DNA from: Candidatus Gastranaerophilales bacterium
GTDB lineage: Bacteria > Cyanobacteriota > Vampirovibrionia > Gastranaerophilales > Gastranaerophilaceae
Reading direction: 5' to 3'
Assembly (NCBI GenBank): GCA_944323325.1
Contig: CALUSF010000001.1
Coordinates: 1-52,988, forward strand
DNA length: 52,988 nucleotides
Part shown: positions 8,934 to 18,984 of the stretch, piece by piece
Layout: each line of letters begins with the position of its first letter
How positions within the stretch are numbered: position 1 is the stretch's first letter
Position numbers and translations under genes: made by a program
The notes under the pieces: generated by a model
What the model saw: the letters and a program-made list of their open reading frames with translations, nothing else
Told to the model about the DNA's origin: nothing
The model's database searches: none

Positions 8934-9910
8934 TAATCTCTCCTTAACTTTTTGTAAATAACTATCTTTCCGTCTTCAATTTGAGCTTCTTCCGGAGTAA
9001 ACTCATTTGTTTTTTGTACATAAGGAACATTCAAAGTATCATTCCTTCTTGCGTACAATCCGGCTATTCTTAATTGAATTGCATTTAATTTTAATGCTCT
9101 TACTTTTGAAGTAATATTACCCATAGAGCCGGCGTGAGCTATACCGCCTAATATCCCCCATACCGTAATATCGCCTGTTGCAACAATTTCACTTCCCGGA
9201 TGTGCATCACCGATTATAAAAATATTGCCTTCATAACTTACCGTTTGTCCGGAACGCAAAGTCTGATTTATATATAATGTGGGAAGAGTTTCCGTATTAA
9301 CGGAATTTTCTTCAACTCCCTGCGGCAATACATCACCTGTATCAAGAAGTATATATTTGCTTGTGTCTTCCGGTTTTATCAAACCTTCCGTTGTTGCCAA
9401 TGACTCAAAATCAGTATTGAAACTTTCTGCATGTATAACTTCCGATATTTCCTGAGTAGTTTCCTCGTCATAAACATCCTCAACACCTTCCGTTGTTTCA
9501 ATAGGAGTAGTATTTTGAACGTCAGGCGAAAAATCGTCATTTTCGGAAATAATTTCTTCTTCCTTTATAACAACCGGCTCTTCCTTAATTTCTTCTGCTG
9601 AATTGCATACAATCGAGGGGGTACTGTCGGAAATTTCAGAAACTATTATGCCCAGACTTACTGCGGAAGCTTCCGTTTGCTCCGATTTGGTATCAATAAA
9701 CGCAATACCGGCATCCATTGATTCTATCAGGGCTTTTATACTCAAAAGCTGCGACTGTTTTAAATCAAGAGCTCCCAATTTTAAACAAACATTCTTTCCT
9801 TTCACATCCGGATGTTCCATTATTGAACTAAGTTCGAAAACAAGCTGTGAAGTGTTTTTTGCATTGCTTAAATCAATAATAAACCCGTTTTCCACAAAAC
9901 CTTTTTCCAT
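8933..9910 (-). CDS. minC: Septum site-determining protein MinC
   Basis: C-terminal TLRSGQ..GDAHPGSEI..GIAHAG..QLRIA; long acidic linker. Confidence 0.92.
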   Translation of the reverse strand: MEKGFVENGFIIDLSNAKNTSQLVFELSSIMEHPDVKGKNVCLKLGALDLKQSQLLSIKALIESMDAGIAFIDTKSEQTEASAVSLGIIVSEISDSTPSIVCNSAEEIKEEPVVIKEEEIISENDDFSPDVQNTTPIETTEGVEDVYDEETTQEISEVIHAESFNTDFESLATTEGLIKPEDTSKYILLDTGDVLPQGVEENSVNTETLPTLYINQTLRSGQTVSYEGNIFIIGDAHPGSEIVATGDITVWGILGGIAHAGSMGNITSKVRALKLNAIQLRIAGLYARRNDTLNVPYVQKTNEFTPEEAQIEDGKIVIYKKLRRD

Positions 9911-9973
9911 TTGAAATTCCCAAATAATCTACTACACCTAAAGAATATCTTAAATATTTTTTCATATCAATAA

Positions 9974-10045
9974 AATGTGACGTAATGTAAATTAAAAGGT
10001 TGTAAAAATTAATTTATAAAATTATAAAATGTAACTTTATGTTAA
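9974..10045 (-). promoter_or_regulatory. Two HLR1-like direct-repeat pairs upstream of minC
   Basis: Minus strand TTAACATA-AA-GTTACATT (10028-10045) and TTTACATT-AC-GTCACATT (9974-9991). Confidence 0.5.
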
Positions 10046-10091
10046 GAGATAAACACGAAAAATAATTACTTTTTGTGCTAAAATAGTGTTT

Positions 10092-11042
10092 ATGGAGAAA
10101 TTATTTGTAATATTTAATACGGCTTGTATCGGGGATATGCTGGTTACGAATACTCTTGTACAGAACCTTAAAGAGTATTACCCCGAATCAAAAATTGTAT
10201 TTGTGTGTGATACTCCGTATGTTGATGTTGCAAAATACGAGAGCGGTGTAGATGATGTTGTTGCTTTTGATAAGAAAAAAGATAAAACTTTATCCGGAAT
10301 TATAAAGTTTGTACAAAAATTTCCATACAAGAATCCGGAAGCATCTTTTGTTACTTATGCAAATGAAAGAAACCTCTTAATTTCAAGACTCATAGGCGCA
10401 AAACATATAATTTCACACAATAAGAGTTTTATATGGCATACAAAAGAGCCTTACAAACTCAATAATTACGTTCACATGAAAGATAAGTGGGGCGGATTAA
10501 TTGAGCCTTTGGTCGGCGAGCATAAAAATCTGCCTATAAAATACAATCCTCCGGCAGAAGAAACTCCGGTTACGGCAATGGTTAAAACTCTCAAAAACCC
10601 CGTTGTTATATGCACAACAAGTAATTTTTATAAAAAAGATATGAAAGTAAATGATTGTGCGGACCTCATAAGACTCCTGCATCAAGAAAATTTGACTCCC
10701 GTATTAACAGGAGCCGGGAAAGTCGCGGAAGAATTCAGCCGTAATCTCAGAAAAACCGGCTGTACTGATTTTGTAGATTTAGTCGGATGCACGTCATTTC
10801 CGGAACTTGCAAATATTTTAAAAATATGCGGCAAATGTATTACGGTAGACACAGGAACGCTTCACTTTGCAAACGCCCTGCAAGTGCCGGTAGTTGCGGT
10901 ATTTTATGCCGGATGTACGGAAATGTGGGCACCGGATACAACGCTCTATCCGGCAAAAACTCTTTCCGGAGAGAATATAACACCGGAAGATATTATCAGA
11001 GCTTATAAGGAATTAAATAATGAAGTTTGTGCAGTACTTTGA
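10092..11042 (+). CDS. Glycosyltransferase family 9 (heptosyltransferase-like)
   Basis: IGDMLV..P, ITVDTGTLHFANAL; start placed at ATG 10092 after TGcTAAAAT. Confidence 0.88.
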   Translation: MEKLFVIFNTACIGDMLVTNTLVQNLKEYYPESKIVFVCDTPYVDVAKYESGVDDVVAFDKKKDKTLSGIIKFVQKFPYKNPEASFVTYANERNLLISRLIGAKHIISHNKSFIWHTKEPYKLNNYVHMKDKWGGLIEPLVGEHKNLPIKYNPPAEETPVTAMVKTLKNPVVICTTSNFYKKDMKVNDCADLIRLLHQENLTPVLTGAGKVAEEFSRNLRKTGCTDFVDLVGCTSFPELANILKICGKCITVDTGTLHFANALQVPVVAVFYAGCTEMWAPDTTLYPAKTLSGENITPEDIIRAYKELNNEVCAVL

Positions 11043-11919
11043 CGGGCATATCGTAATTAATTTGTTCGGAATCCTGATAAGAATAAAGAAAAATTGCCGC
11101 AAAAAACATATAGAAGTTAATGAGTACGGTATTACCAAAGATAAACGGGAGCAAAAACTCATTGTTTCATTGACAAGCTTCCCTCAAAGAATAAATATTG
11201 TTATAAAAACAATAAAGACACTGCTTAATCAAACGATTAAGCCCGATGAAATTGTGCTGTGGCTCGCCCCCGAACAATTTCCGAACAAGGATGCCGATTT
11301 ACCGGAAGAATTATCGGCGCTTAAAAATTTCGGACTTACAATCGACTGGTATAAGGATATCAGGTCTTATAAAAAAATCATTCCGGCTTTAAAAAAATAT
11401 CCGGATGCGGTTATTATAACTGTGGATGATGATATATATTACGCTCCCGATACTATTGAAACATTGTATAGATCATATCTGAACCATCCGGATGAAATAC
11501 ACGCTCACAGATGCGATTGGCTCAAAGTAAGTGAAGATAAAAAAATAACCTGGGAAAAAACAAGAGAACTTTATCTTGACAGACACAGAGGACAAGCAAG
11601 CTTCCATAACAGACTTACCGGATACGGTGGAGTATTATACCCGCCGGGCTGTTTTTATCAAGATGTTTGCAATGAGGAACTGATAAAAAAACTCCTGCCG
11701 ACCCATGATGACATTTGGCTCTGGGCCATGACCGTTTTGAAAGGATATAAAACAAGACTTGTAAAAGGGTATTCCGAATCAATTGATTATGTTGAAGCTT
11801 CGCAGGAATACGGTTTATGCAAAATTAATAAAAAAGGTGTCGGCACCTCTCTGGAAGAAGCGTATGAAATTATACTAAAGCAATACCCTGAAATACTTGA
11901 TATTTTGGAGGATGAATGA
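11020..11919 (+). CDS. GT-A fold glycosyltransferase
   Basis: IVSLTSFPQRI, SYKKIIP, IITVDDDIYY, GYGGVLYPP, DDIW. Confidence 0.85.
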   Translation: MKFVQYFDGHIVINLFGILIRIKKNCRKKHIEVNEYGITKDKREQKLIVSLTSFPQRINIVIKTIKTLLNQTIKPDEIVLWLAPEQFPNKDADLPEELSALKNFGLTIDWYKDIRSYKKIIPALKKYPDAVIITVDDDIYYAPDTIETLYRSYLNHPDEIHAHRCDWLKVSEDKKITWEKTRELYLDRHRGQASFHNRLTGYGGVLYPPGCFYQDVCNEELIKKLLPTHDDIWLWAMTVLKGYKTRLVKGYSESIDYVEASQEYGLCKINKKGVGTSLEEAYEIILKQYPEILDILEDE

Positions 11920-12848
11920 TTTTAAAATCTTTATTCTGGCAAACTGTTAATTCTATTATAAAAATATGTCTGGAACTCTTTGTTTTCGACAGAAAAATAA
12001 GAAGAATTTTAAAAGGCAATTGGGCAAAATTTTATCTGAGAAAATACGTAAACAAGGGGGTAAAAGGGGTAAAGGAGGTAAATAAGGGAGCAAATGACGG
12101 TAAAAAATCTAATAGCTCCGCTTCCGAAAAACAATTTTATATCTATCAGTACTGGGAAAGCCCTGACGGAAGTATTCCGCCGCTTGTCCAAGCCTGTTTG
12201 AACAGTGTTGATAGGTATAAAGGTGATAAGCAAAAAATTATGCTTAATCCCGACAACCTCAATGATTACGTAAAAATTCCGCAAATATTTCTGGATCTAA
12301 AAAAACAAGGAATTATTAAAACAGCCTTTTTTTCGGATATTTTAAGAACCTGCCTTTTAATTCAAAACGGCGGAATTTGGATAGATGCAACAGTGCTTTT
12401 AACAAAAGAACTGCCTGACTATATAACGGATGCGGATTTATTTGTATTCCAAAACGACTTAAAAATCGATTTAGACGGACTTAATATGGCAAGTTATTTT
12501 ATTGCATCAAAACCCGATAATATAATTTTGAAACAAACCCTCAAGGCTCTTGAATCATATTGGAAAGAAAATCGGTTCTTAGTAAATTACTTCACATTTC
12601 TGCACACATTTACCATGGTTACGCAAAAAAACAAAGAACTGTTTAAAAAAGTTCCGTTCTTTAGTTTTCTGCCTGTACAATTACTGCAGGGAGAATTGTT
12701 AAATAAATATGACCCCAAAAGATGGGAGCAAATAAAATCAATGAGCGGAATTCATAAATTAACGCACAAACAATCAGTATTAACCAAGAAAAAAGATATA
12801 GACCTAACCGGAACTTTATATGAACATATACTGGAGGAATTTAAATAA
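11916..12848 (+). CDS. Capsular polysaccharide synthesis protein (DxD glycosyltransferase)
   Basis: IYQYW, FSDILR..L...GGIWIDAT, IHKLT. Confidence 0.85.
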   Translation: MILKSLFWQTVNSIIKICLELFVFDRKIRRILKGNWAKFYLRKYVNKGVKGVKEVNKGANDGKKSNSSASEKQFYIYQYWESPDGSIPPLVQACLNSVDRYKGDKQKIMLNPDNLNDYVKIPQIFLDLKKQGIIKTAFFSDILRTCLLIQNGGIWIDATVLLTKELPDYITDADLFVFQNDLKIDLDGLNMASYFIASKPDNIILKQTLKALESYWKENRFLVNYFTFLHTFTMVTQKNKELFKKVPFFSFLPVQLLQGELLNKYDPKRWEQIKSMSGIHKLTHKQSVLTKKKDIDLTGTLYEHILEEFK

Positions 12849-13804
12849 TGAAAATTAATATCGCTTACGCACCGGACAATAAATACATAAACCAAACAGT
12901 CGTTTCTATGACAAGTGCGGTTGAAAATAATAAAGACAACGATATAGAATTTATTATAATGTATTCCGAGCTCAGTGATGAGAGTATAAAAAAACTAAAT
13001 TCAGTAAACGGATGTAAGTTAAGAATGCTGCAAATTGATGAAAATCTTTTTTCTTCTCTTACAATATCTCATTGGGTGACAGTTCAGGCATGGTTTAGAA
13101 TTGTACTTCCGGATATGTGCAAAGATTTGGATAAAGTCTTGTATCTGGATTGCGACACGCTTGTTCGCGGAAATTTGAAAGAACTTTTCTCCTGCGATTT
13201 AGCCGGTAAATATTTCGCAGGAGTAAAAGATGTCTGGGGCGTAAATAAATATGTAAAAAGACTCAATATGAAAAGCGATGTTTATGTTAATTCCGGCATG
13301 CTCCTGTTTAATTGCGAGTATTGCAGGCAAGAGCATTTCTTTGATAAAATTTTGGAATTTGCGAAAAACAATGAAAAAATAATAGAGTTTTGCGATCAAG
13401 ATTCTATAAATAAAATTGCGGATGAAAAGAAACTTGTTCTTAACCCGAAATTCAATTTTATGGATACCTGGTGGAGAGGCGGCTATTACGAGTTTGAAGG
13501 AGAAGAAGAAAAACAATACCTTGAAGCTAAAGAAAATCCTGTAATTGTCCATCTTACCGGCCCGAAACCGGCTTTTAAAGGATGCGGAAACAAGTTTACA
13601 ACTGAATGGTGGGAATACGCAAAAAAGACCGCTATTTATGAAGAGCTGGTGAAGGATTATGAGAATTCAAAAGAACCTGATACAAGGGATTCATTTTTAA
13701 AACAAATTTTTTCAATTAAAAATGAATACAAAGGTAAAACTAAAACCAAAATACTAAGAATTTTAGGACTAAAAATTAAACTCTGTCAAAACAAGCAGAA
13801 ATAA
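12848..13804 (+). CDS. Glycosyltransferase family 8
   Basis: KVLYLDCD, YVNSGMLL, CDQDSIN, IVHLTGPKP. Confidence 0.93.
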   Translation: MKINIAYAPDNKYINQTVVSMTSAVENNKDNDIEFIIMYSELSDESIKKLNSVNGCKLRMLQIDENLFSSLTISHWVTVQAWFRIVLPDMCKDLDKVLYLDCDTLVRGNLKELFSCDLAGKYFAGVKDVWGVNKYVKRLNMKSDVYVNSGMLLFNCEYCRQEHFFDKILEFAKNNEKIIEFCDQDSINKIADEKKLVLNPKFNFMDTWWRGGYYEFEGEEEKQYLEAKENPVIVHLTGPKPAFKGCGNKFTTEWWEYAKKTAIYEELVKDYENSKEPDTRDSFLKQIFSIKNEYKGKTKTKILRILGLKIKLCQNKQK

Positions 13805-14026
13805 GTATAAAAATTTTTCTTGCAATCATTTTTTCAAGTGATATTATCAATAAGGATTTACACTAAAAACTTTTTGTTTTTGGGTACAAGAACATTAAAA
13901 ACACAAGCTTTAGAGTTATAATTAGTACTGAGTTTAACCCGTAAAAATTTCCGGTTCGTTGGAATTTGGGAGAGTTTTTGTACTGCTTAAACAAAAAATT
14001 TATACTGGAAAAAGGAGAAGATTAAT

Positions 14027-14893
14027 ATGGAGGAAGAAAAAGTTATTTCCACGGTTGACAGTCTTACACCCAGCGCAACAGTTCACGAAATAAGCGACAG
14101 TGTAATGACAGGAAAGGCCGATTACAGTAAAACAAAAATGTTTGTACTTGCAATTGCTGCGGGTGCATTTATCGCATTTGGCGCCCAAGTATCGCTTACG
14201 GTAATGACAGGGGACTCCAACATGGGCTGGGGATTTACCAAACTTATAGGAGCAATGACATTTGCTACAGGCCTGATGTTAGTAACTCTTACAGGTGCTG
14301 AACTTTTTACCGGAAACGTTATGATGACATTTGCAGTTTTAGAGAAAAAAGTAGGTTTTCTAAAGCTGTTTAGAAGCTGGACAGTTGTATATATAGCCAA
14401 TTTTGTCGGTTCTGTTTTAGTTGCGGCACTGGTTTATTTTGCGGGGCTCGGGCATAACGGAGGAGATGCCGTAGGTGTTACCGCAATGCAAACAGCCTAC
14501 ACAAAAGTGCACTTATCTTTTGTTGAAGCATTTTGCAGAGGTATTCTCTGTAACTGGTTAGTTTGCCTTGCAATATTTATGGCTTCCACTTCAAAACGTG
14601 TAATCGGTAAAATATTTGCTATATTCTTCCCGATTACAACATTCGTTGCATCAGGATACGAACACAGTATTGCAAATATGTTCTTTATTCCTAACGGAAT
14701 TTTAATGAAACATTTTCCGTCTATCGTTACAGCATCCGGCATGACACCTGATCAATTGGCGGCACTAAATTGGAAAGCATTTTTCATACACAACCTGATT
14801 CCGGTTACAATGGGTAATATTGTCGGAGCTTTTGTTTTTGTTGTTCTCATTTTCTGGACAGCATATTTAAGAGAAGAGCGCAGACATCATTAA
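14027..14893 (+). CDS. Formate/nitrite transporter (FNT)
   Basis: GAELFTGN, GILCNWLVCLA, GYEHSIANM; AGGAG RBS. Confidence 0.96.
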   Translation: MEEEKVISTVDSLTPSATVHEISDSVMTGKADYSKTKMFVLAIAAGAFIAFGAQVSLTVMTGDSNMGWGFTKLIGAMTFATGLMLVTLTGAELFTGNVMMTFAVLEKKVGFLKLFRSWTVVYIANFVGSVLVAALVYFAGLGHNGGDAVGVTAMQTAYTKVHLSFVEAFCRGILCNWLVCLAIFMASTSKRVIGKIFAIFFPITTFVASGYEHSIANMFFIPNGILMKHFPSIVTASGMTPDQLAALNWKAFFIHNLIPVTMGNIVGAFVFVVLIFWTAYLREERRHH

Positions 14894-14901
14894 TATGATT
14901 T

Positions 14902-14937
14902 AAAAGACCGGCTCTTTTTGAGAGTTGGTCTTTTTTT
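14902..14937 (+). terminator. Intrinsic terminator
   Basis: AAAAGACCGGCTCT-loop-AGAGTTGGTCTTTTTTT. Confidence 0.85.
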
Positions 14938-14960
14938 GTATAATATATAAGAATGTGGTT

Positions 14961-16166
14961 ATGAAAAATAAGATTTTATACTTAGCTATTGCACTAATGT
15001 TAATAATACCGGCAGTATTTGCACAAGATAAGCCGGAAGTATTGGAAGAAGTTTTACTTGATGAACAAACCGATATTGCGGAAGAAATTCCTCAAGCGGC
15101 TGCAGTTTCAACAAGCACACAAGAAAAAACGTTAAAAGAGAAGCTTCAGGATGTATATCACCTTGAAGTTGATAAATACGATAAACCGACTTATCTTTTG
15201 GAAAACGTATTAACACACAAATTCGACGAAGATTCCATTTGGGATAGAACTCAGCTATGGGCCGGCTATAACGGTGATATAGGTTTGCAGTTTACGGAAG
15301 CCGGTATGGGGTCAGAACACACGACCAACCACTATGACATTAATACAATAAATGTAGGTTTTGACGGCTATCTAAAGAATAACAACGGCGACTTCAGGGT
15401 TATGATTAATATTTCGCCTTATTCGGAAAGAAATGTTATTCAAAACCTTTTCGCGGATATGTACATTGCAACAAATAAAATTCCGCACCACAGACTGTTA
15501 GTCGGTCATTCACGCCCCCCGGTCGGCATGGAAGGAGCTTATGGACCGTTTGTATTACCATTTATTGCACGCTCTCAAATATCCAGAAATTTCGGAACGG
15601 TTCGTAAACTTGGTGCCAGAATCAGCGGAGATTACAGTTTACTGGGTTATGATTTCGGTGTATATTCTTCTGATACGTATTTTCAGGAATTTTTCCCCGG
15701 TGCGGAATTTATAGGCAGAGTTGATTTAAAACCTCTCGGGAAAACAGACGGCAAATACGGAAAATTACTTATAGGCGGAAGTATGGATGCCGGACATAGA
15801 GATAACAATTTTTGTGTAGTCGGTGCCCATATACAATACGATTACAAACGTTTTATGGCAAATTTTGAATGGGCACAAGCTAACGGATATAACGGACCGG
15901 TCGGACATTCGGTTGATACTCATGCAAGCGGTTTTTATGCAACACTTGGCTATATGCTTACAAAAAAACTACAAATTATTGCCAGATATGATGAATTCGA
16001 CCCTAACAGAGAAATTGCACATAATAACCAAAGAGAATACTCGCTGGGACTTAACTATTTCATAAAAGGACAGGGTTTGAGACTCATACTGAACTATGTA
16101 TTCTGTCAAAATGACGCGACAAAAGACTCTCATAGAATTATGCTCGGGACACAAATACTAATTTAA
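14961..16166 (+). CDS. Outer-membrane porin (OprO/OprP-like)
   Basis: Signal peptide MKNK..AVFA; amphipathic strands; ARYDEFD..LGLNYF..LNY C-terminal pattern. Confidence 0.75.
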   Translation: MKNKILYLAIALMLIIPAVFAQDKPEVLEEVLLDEQTDIAEEIPQAAAVSTSTQEKTLKEKLQDVYHLEVDKYDKPTYLLENVLTHKFDEDSIWDRTQLWAGYNGDIGLQFTEAGMGSEHTTNHYDINTINVGFDGYLKNNNGDFRVMINISPYSERNVIQNLFADMYIATNKIPHHRLLVGHSRPPVGMEGAYGPFVLPFIARSQISRNFGTVRKLGARISGDYSLLGYDFGVYSSDTYFQEFFPGAEFIGRVDLKPLGKTDGKYGKLLIGGSMDAGHRDNNFCVVGAHIQYDYKRFMANFEWAQANGYNGPVGHSVDTHASGFYATLGYMLTKKLQIIARYDEFDPNREIAHNNQREYSLGLNYFIKGQGLRLILNYVFCQNDATKDSHRIMLGTQILI

Positions 16167-16264
16167 GTCTGAGGAAAAATTATTTTATTTTTCCGTCCTT
16201 TTCATTTAGTTATTTTTTTTCTTGTTTTTGGTATAATCAAAGAGTCATTTTTTTAGGAGAGTTA

Positions 16265-17533
16265 ATGGAAAGATTTGTCGGGCTTATAGGAATAGTTGTT
16301 ATATTTTTAATAGTATTTGCATTATCAAATAATCGGAAAGCTATTAATTACAAAACTGTCGGAATGGGATTTTTACTCCAGATTTTATTGGCAATATTTA
16401 TATTCAAAGTTCCGCTCGGGCAAAAAATGTTTCTAATGATAGGACTTTTTATACAAAAAATTCTTGAGTTTGCGACAGAAGGCGGTTTGTTTGTTTTCGG
16501 ACCGCTGCTTGATAATATGAAGTTAAGCGAATTATTCGGAACGGGAAGCAGTATTTTTGCCCTGCAATTAATCTGCACAAATATATTTATGATGGTGCTT
16601 GTTAATATACTATACTACTACGGCATAATGCAGCGGGTTGTCGCTTTTTTAGGTAAAGCTATGAATAAAGTTATGCACGTTTCTGGCGCAGAAGCGCTCT
16701 CTAATGTCGCAAGTTCTTTTGTCGGACAAATCCTTGCACAAATTATGATTAAACCGTATTTAGAAAAACTTACACGCTCTGAATTACTTGCATCGATGGC
16801 AGGAAGTATGGCGTGCATATCAGGAGCTATAATGCCGGTTTATATAGGGATGGGAATTCCGGCACACTACATTTTGGCTTCCTCTGTTATGGCGGCACCG
16901 GGCGCTTTAATTCTTGCAAAAATAGTTTATCCGGAAACCGGCGAACCTGAAACAAGAGATAATATACGAATTTCAAAGCGCAGAACATTTGCAAATGTTT
17001 TTGAAGCAATATCTAACGGAGCTTCTGAAGGTATGAAGGTTGCAATAAATGTAACCGCAATGATTCTTGCACTTGTAGCTCTGGTCGCATTTATCGACTG
17101 GATTCTTGGTACAGGCGGTTTATTGCTGTACAAATTCTGCCCGGGCTGTTCTCATTTGGCATTTCTTAGTCATCTTTCTTTAAAATTAATTTTGGGTAAG
17201 ATATTTGCGATATTTGCGCTTATTATAGGTGTACCGCTTCCGGATGTATCAACGGTAGGCGCTCTTATGGGAACAAAACTTGTATTAAATGAAATGGTTG
17301 CATACGTTGATTTATCACAGATTGCAGACTCTCTTAACCCCAAAAGTTTCATGCTTGCGAGTTTTGCACTCTGCAGTTTCGGAAATTTCGGCTCTATTGC
17401 AATCCAGATAGGCGGTATTGGAGAACTTGCACCAAACCAGAGAAAAAATCTTGCAAGGCTGAGCCTAAGAGCTCTTATATGCGGAACACTCAGTTGTTAT
17501 CTTTCTGCAGCTATTGTAGGAGTCTTGCTGTAA
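16265..17533 (+). CDS. nupC: Concentrative nucleoside transporter (NupC family)
   Basis: SNNRKAIN, KLVLNEMVAY, FALCSFGNFGSIAIQIGG. Confidence 0.93.
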   Translation: MERFVGLIGIVVIFLIVFALSNNRKAINYKTVGMGFLLQILLAIFIFKVPLGQKMFLMIGLFIQKILEFATEGGLFVFGPLLDNMKLSELFGTGSSIFALQLICTNIFMMVLVNILYYYGIMQRVVAFLGKAMNKVMHVSGAEALSNVASSFVGQILAQIMIKPYLEKLTRSELLASMAGSMACISGAIMPVYIGMGIPAHYILASSVMAAPGALILAKIVYPETGEPETRDNIRISKRRTFANVFEAISNGASEGMKVAINVTAMILALVALVAFIDWILGTGGLLLYKFCPGCSHLAFLSHLSLKLILGKIFAIFALIIGVPLPDVSTVGALMGTKLVLNEMVAYVDLSQIADSLNPKSFMLASFALCSFGNFGSIAIQIGGIGELAPNQRKNLARLSLRALICGTLSCYLSAAIVGVLL

Positions 17534-17794
17534 TGAAATTTCTCTTTCAATTGCAAGATTTACACCCATCAGATTTGAAATCCTTTCCGATATAATATTT
17601 AACATATTTATATAACTGTTTCTCTCCGCACTAAGCAATGAAGACATTTCGCCGGAAATATCATAATACTGCCCGCTAAATTCATAATCTTGGCAAGTTT
17701 TTTTGGTCATTTGAACAAGTGTATCAATTATATAAAGCTCATCGAAAGCTTTTTGATGAAAATGCAACAACTTATTATTGATATCATTTTCCAT
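17465..17794 (-). CDS. Hypothetical protein (109 aa), 3' end overlaps nupC
   Basis: AGGAGG RBS before ATG; helical sequence. Confidence 0.7.
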   Translation of the reverse strand: MENDINNKLLHFHQKAFDELYIIDTLVQMTKKTCQDYEFSGQYYDISGEMSSLLSAERNSYINMLNIISERISNLMGVNLAIEREISLQQDSYNSCRKITTECSAYKSS

Positions 17795-17888
17795 ATCAAC
17801 CCTCCTGCTATATTAAATCTTAATTCCGTTTTATACTAATAGTATAAAACGATTAAGAAAAATATTATCAATATATTTTCCGATAATG

Positions 17889-18983
17889 CTACTTGCACGT
17901 AATAAATGCATTCAGGTATTGAATCAACTCATTAAACTCCATATTATTTTCGGAGTTAACCCTGTTTTTTAAATAATCAGCTATTGTATTTAAAATTTCA
18001 ACAAACGTGGTTTCAGAAATATTACCTTCGGTAAAATCATTATAAACATCAAGAATATAAGCATAAGTATCTTCGCCGGAATGCATTTTTATTTGTATGA
18101 AAGCTTGCTTTATTTCATCGCTGTTAAATTTTACATTTAGAATATTATAATAAAGCGCAGCCGAATGCTTCATCCGTTTCATTAAAACATCTTCCGGCAT
18201 ATACTGCATCATTGTCTCAAAATAATTTACAAAACTTTCATACAATCTTTCCGGATTAAATTTCTTGTAATTGAATTTTGTAACAAAAAAGTCTTTTAAA
18301 AACTGTATAATATCGTCATTATTGGAAAAATATTTTTGTTTTATTTCATCCCACTCCTTTTTTATACCGTTTTCTTTAAGATAATCTTCAATCAACAATA
18401 TTTGGTTTAAATTTCTTGAACCGTTAAGTTTATAGTATAAGTTTCTTTTAGAAACATTGTCTGTTTCAACCAGAGTAACAGAAACCTTTTTAAGCATAGT
18501 AAAAATTTTTGATGCCTGAAGTTTTTCTTCTTTTATTTGCGACCAAAAGTTATGAAGTAATATAAACATCGGGGTGTTTTTTTCATGCCCTGAAAGCCGT
18601 TCTCCGTTAATTATCTTATTATACAAAATGCTGTCTGATTCATTCAAGCGAAGCTTTGATTTTCCGGAGCCATGAACCAAATACTTGGTTCTTATTGTCT
18701 TTATGGCCTTCTCATTTCTTTCAGTTGTTTTTTTGTAACACTCACATACTGCATGTAAAAGCAATGAAAGCGATAAAATTCTGTTCAAGCCGTCTACAAT
18801 AATATATTGGTCCGAACTTTTTGGACTTACAAATATCAAACCGAAATCAATATTTTGCGTAAATTGCTCATCTTCTGTCATCAAATCAAGAAAATTAATC
18901 AACTCCGAATTGCACTTCGCATAGTCCAAAGTGTACAAATCATGTGCTTCATTTAGAAATTCTAATAAATTTACTGTTTTCAT
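17889..18983 (-). CDS. Degenerate DUF262 (GmrSD N-terminal/ParB-like) protein
   Basis: FGLIFV...YIIVDGLNRILSLSLL aligns by eye to DGQQRLTT; start MKTV follows upstream stop. Confidence 0.7.
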   Translation of the reverse strand: MKTVNLLEFLNEAHDLYTLDYAKCNSELINFLDLMTEDEQFTQNIDFGLIFVSPKSSDQYIIVDGLNRILSLSLLLHAVCECYKKTTERNEKAIKTIRTKYLVHGSGKSKLRLNESDSILYNKIINGERLSGHEKNTPMFILLHNFWSQIKEEKLQASKIFTMLKKVSVTLVETDNVSKRNLYYKLNGSRNLNQILLIEDYLKENGIKKEWDEIKQKYFSNNDDIIQFLKDFFVTKFNYKKFNPERLYESFVNYFETMMQYMPEDVLMKRMKHSAALYYNILNVKFNSDEIKQAFIQIKMHSGEDTYAYILDVYNDFTEGNISETTFVEILNTIADYLKNRVNSENNMEFNELIQYLNAFITCK

Positions 18984-18984
18984 T

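Noticed and set aside
17465-17533. 69-bp convergent overlap as antisense regulation
   Set aside because: More simply a stop-codon shift; no further support.
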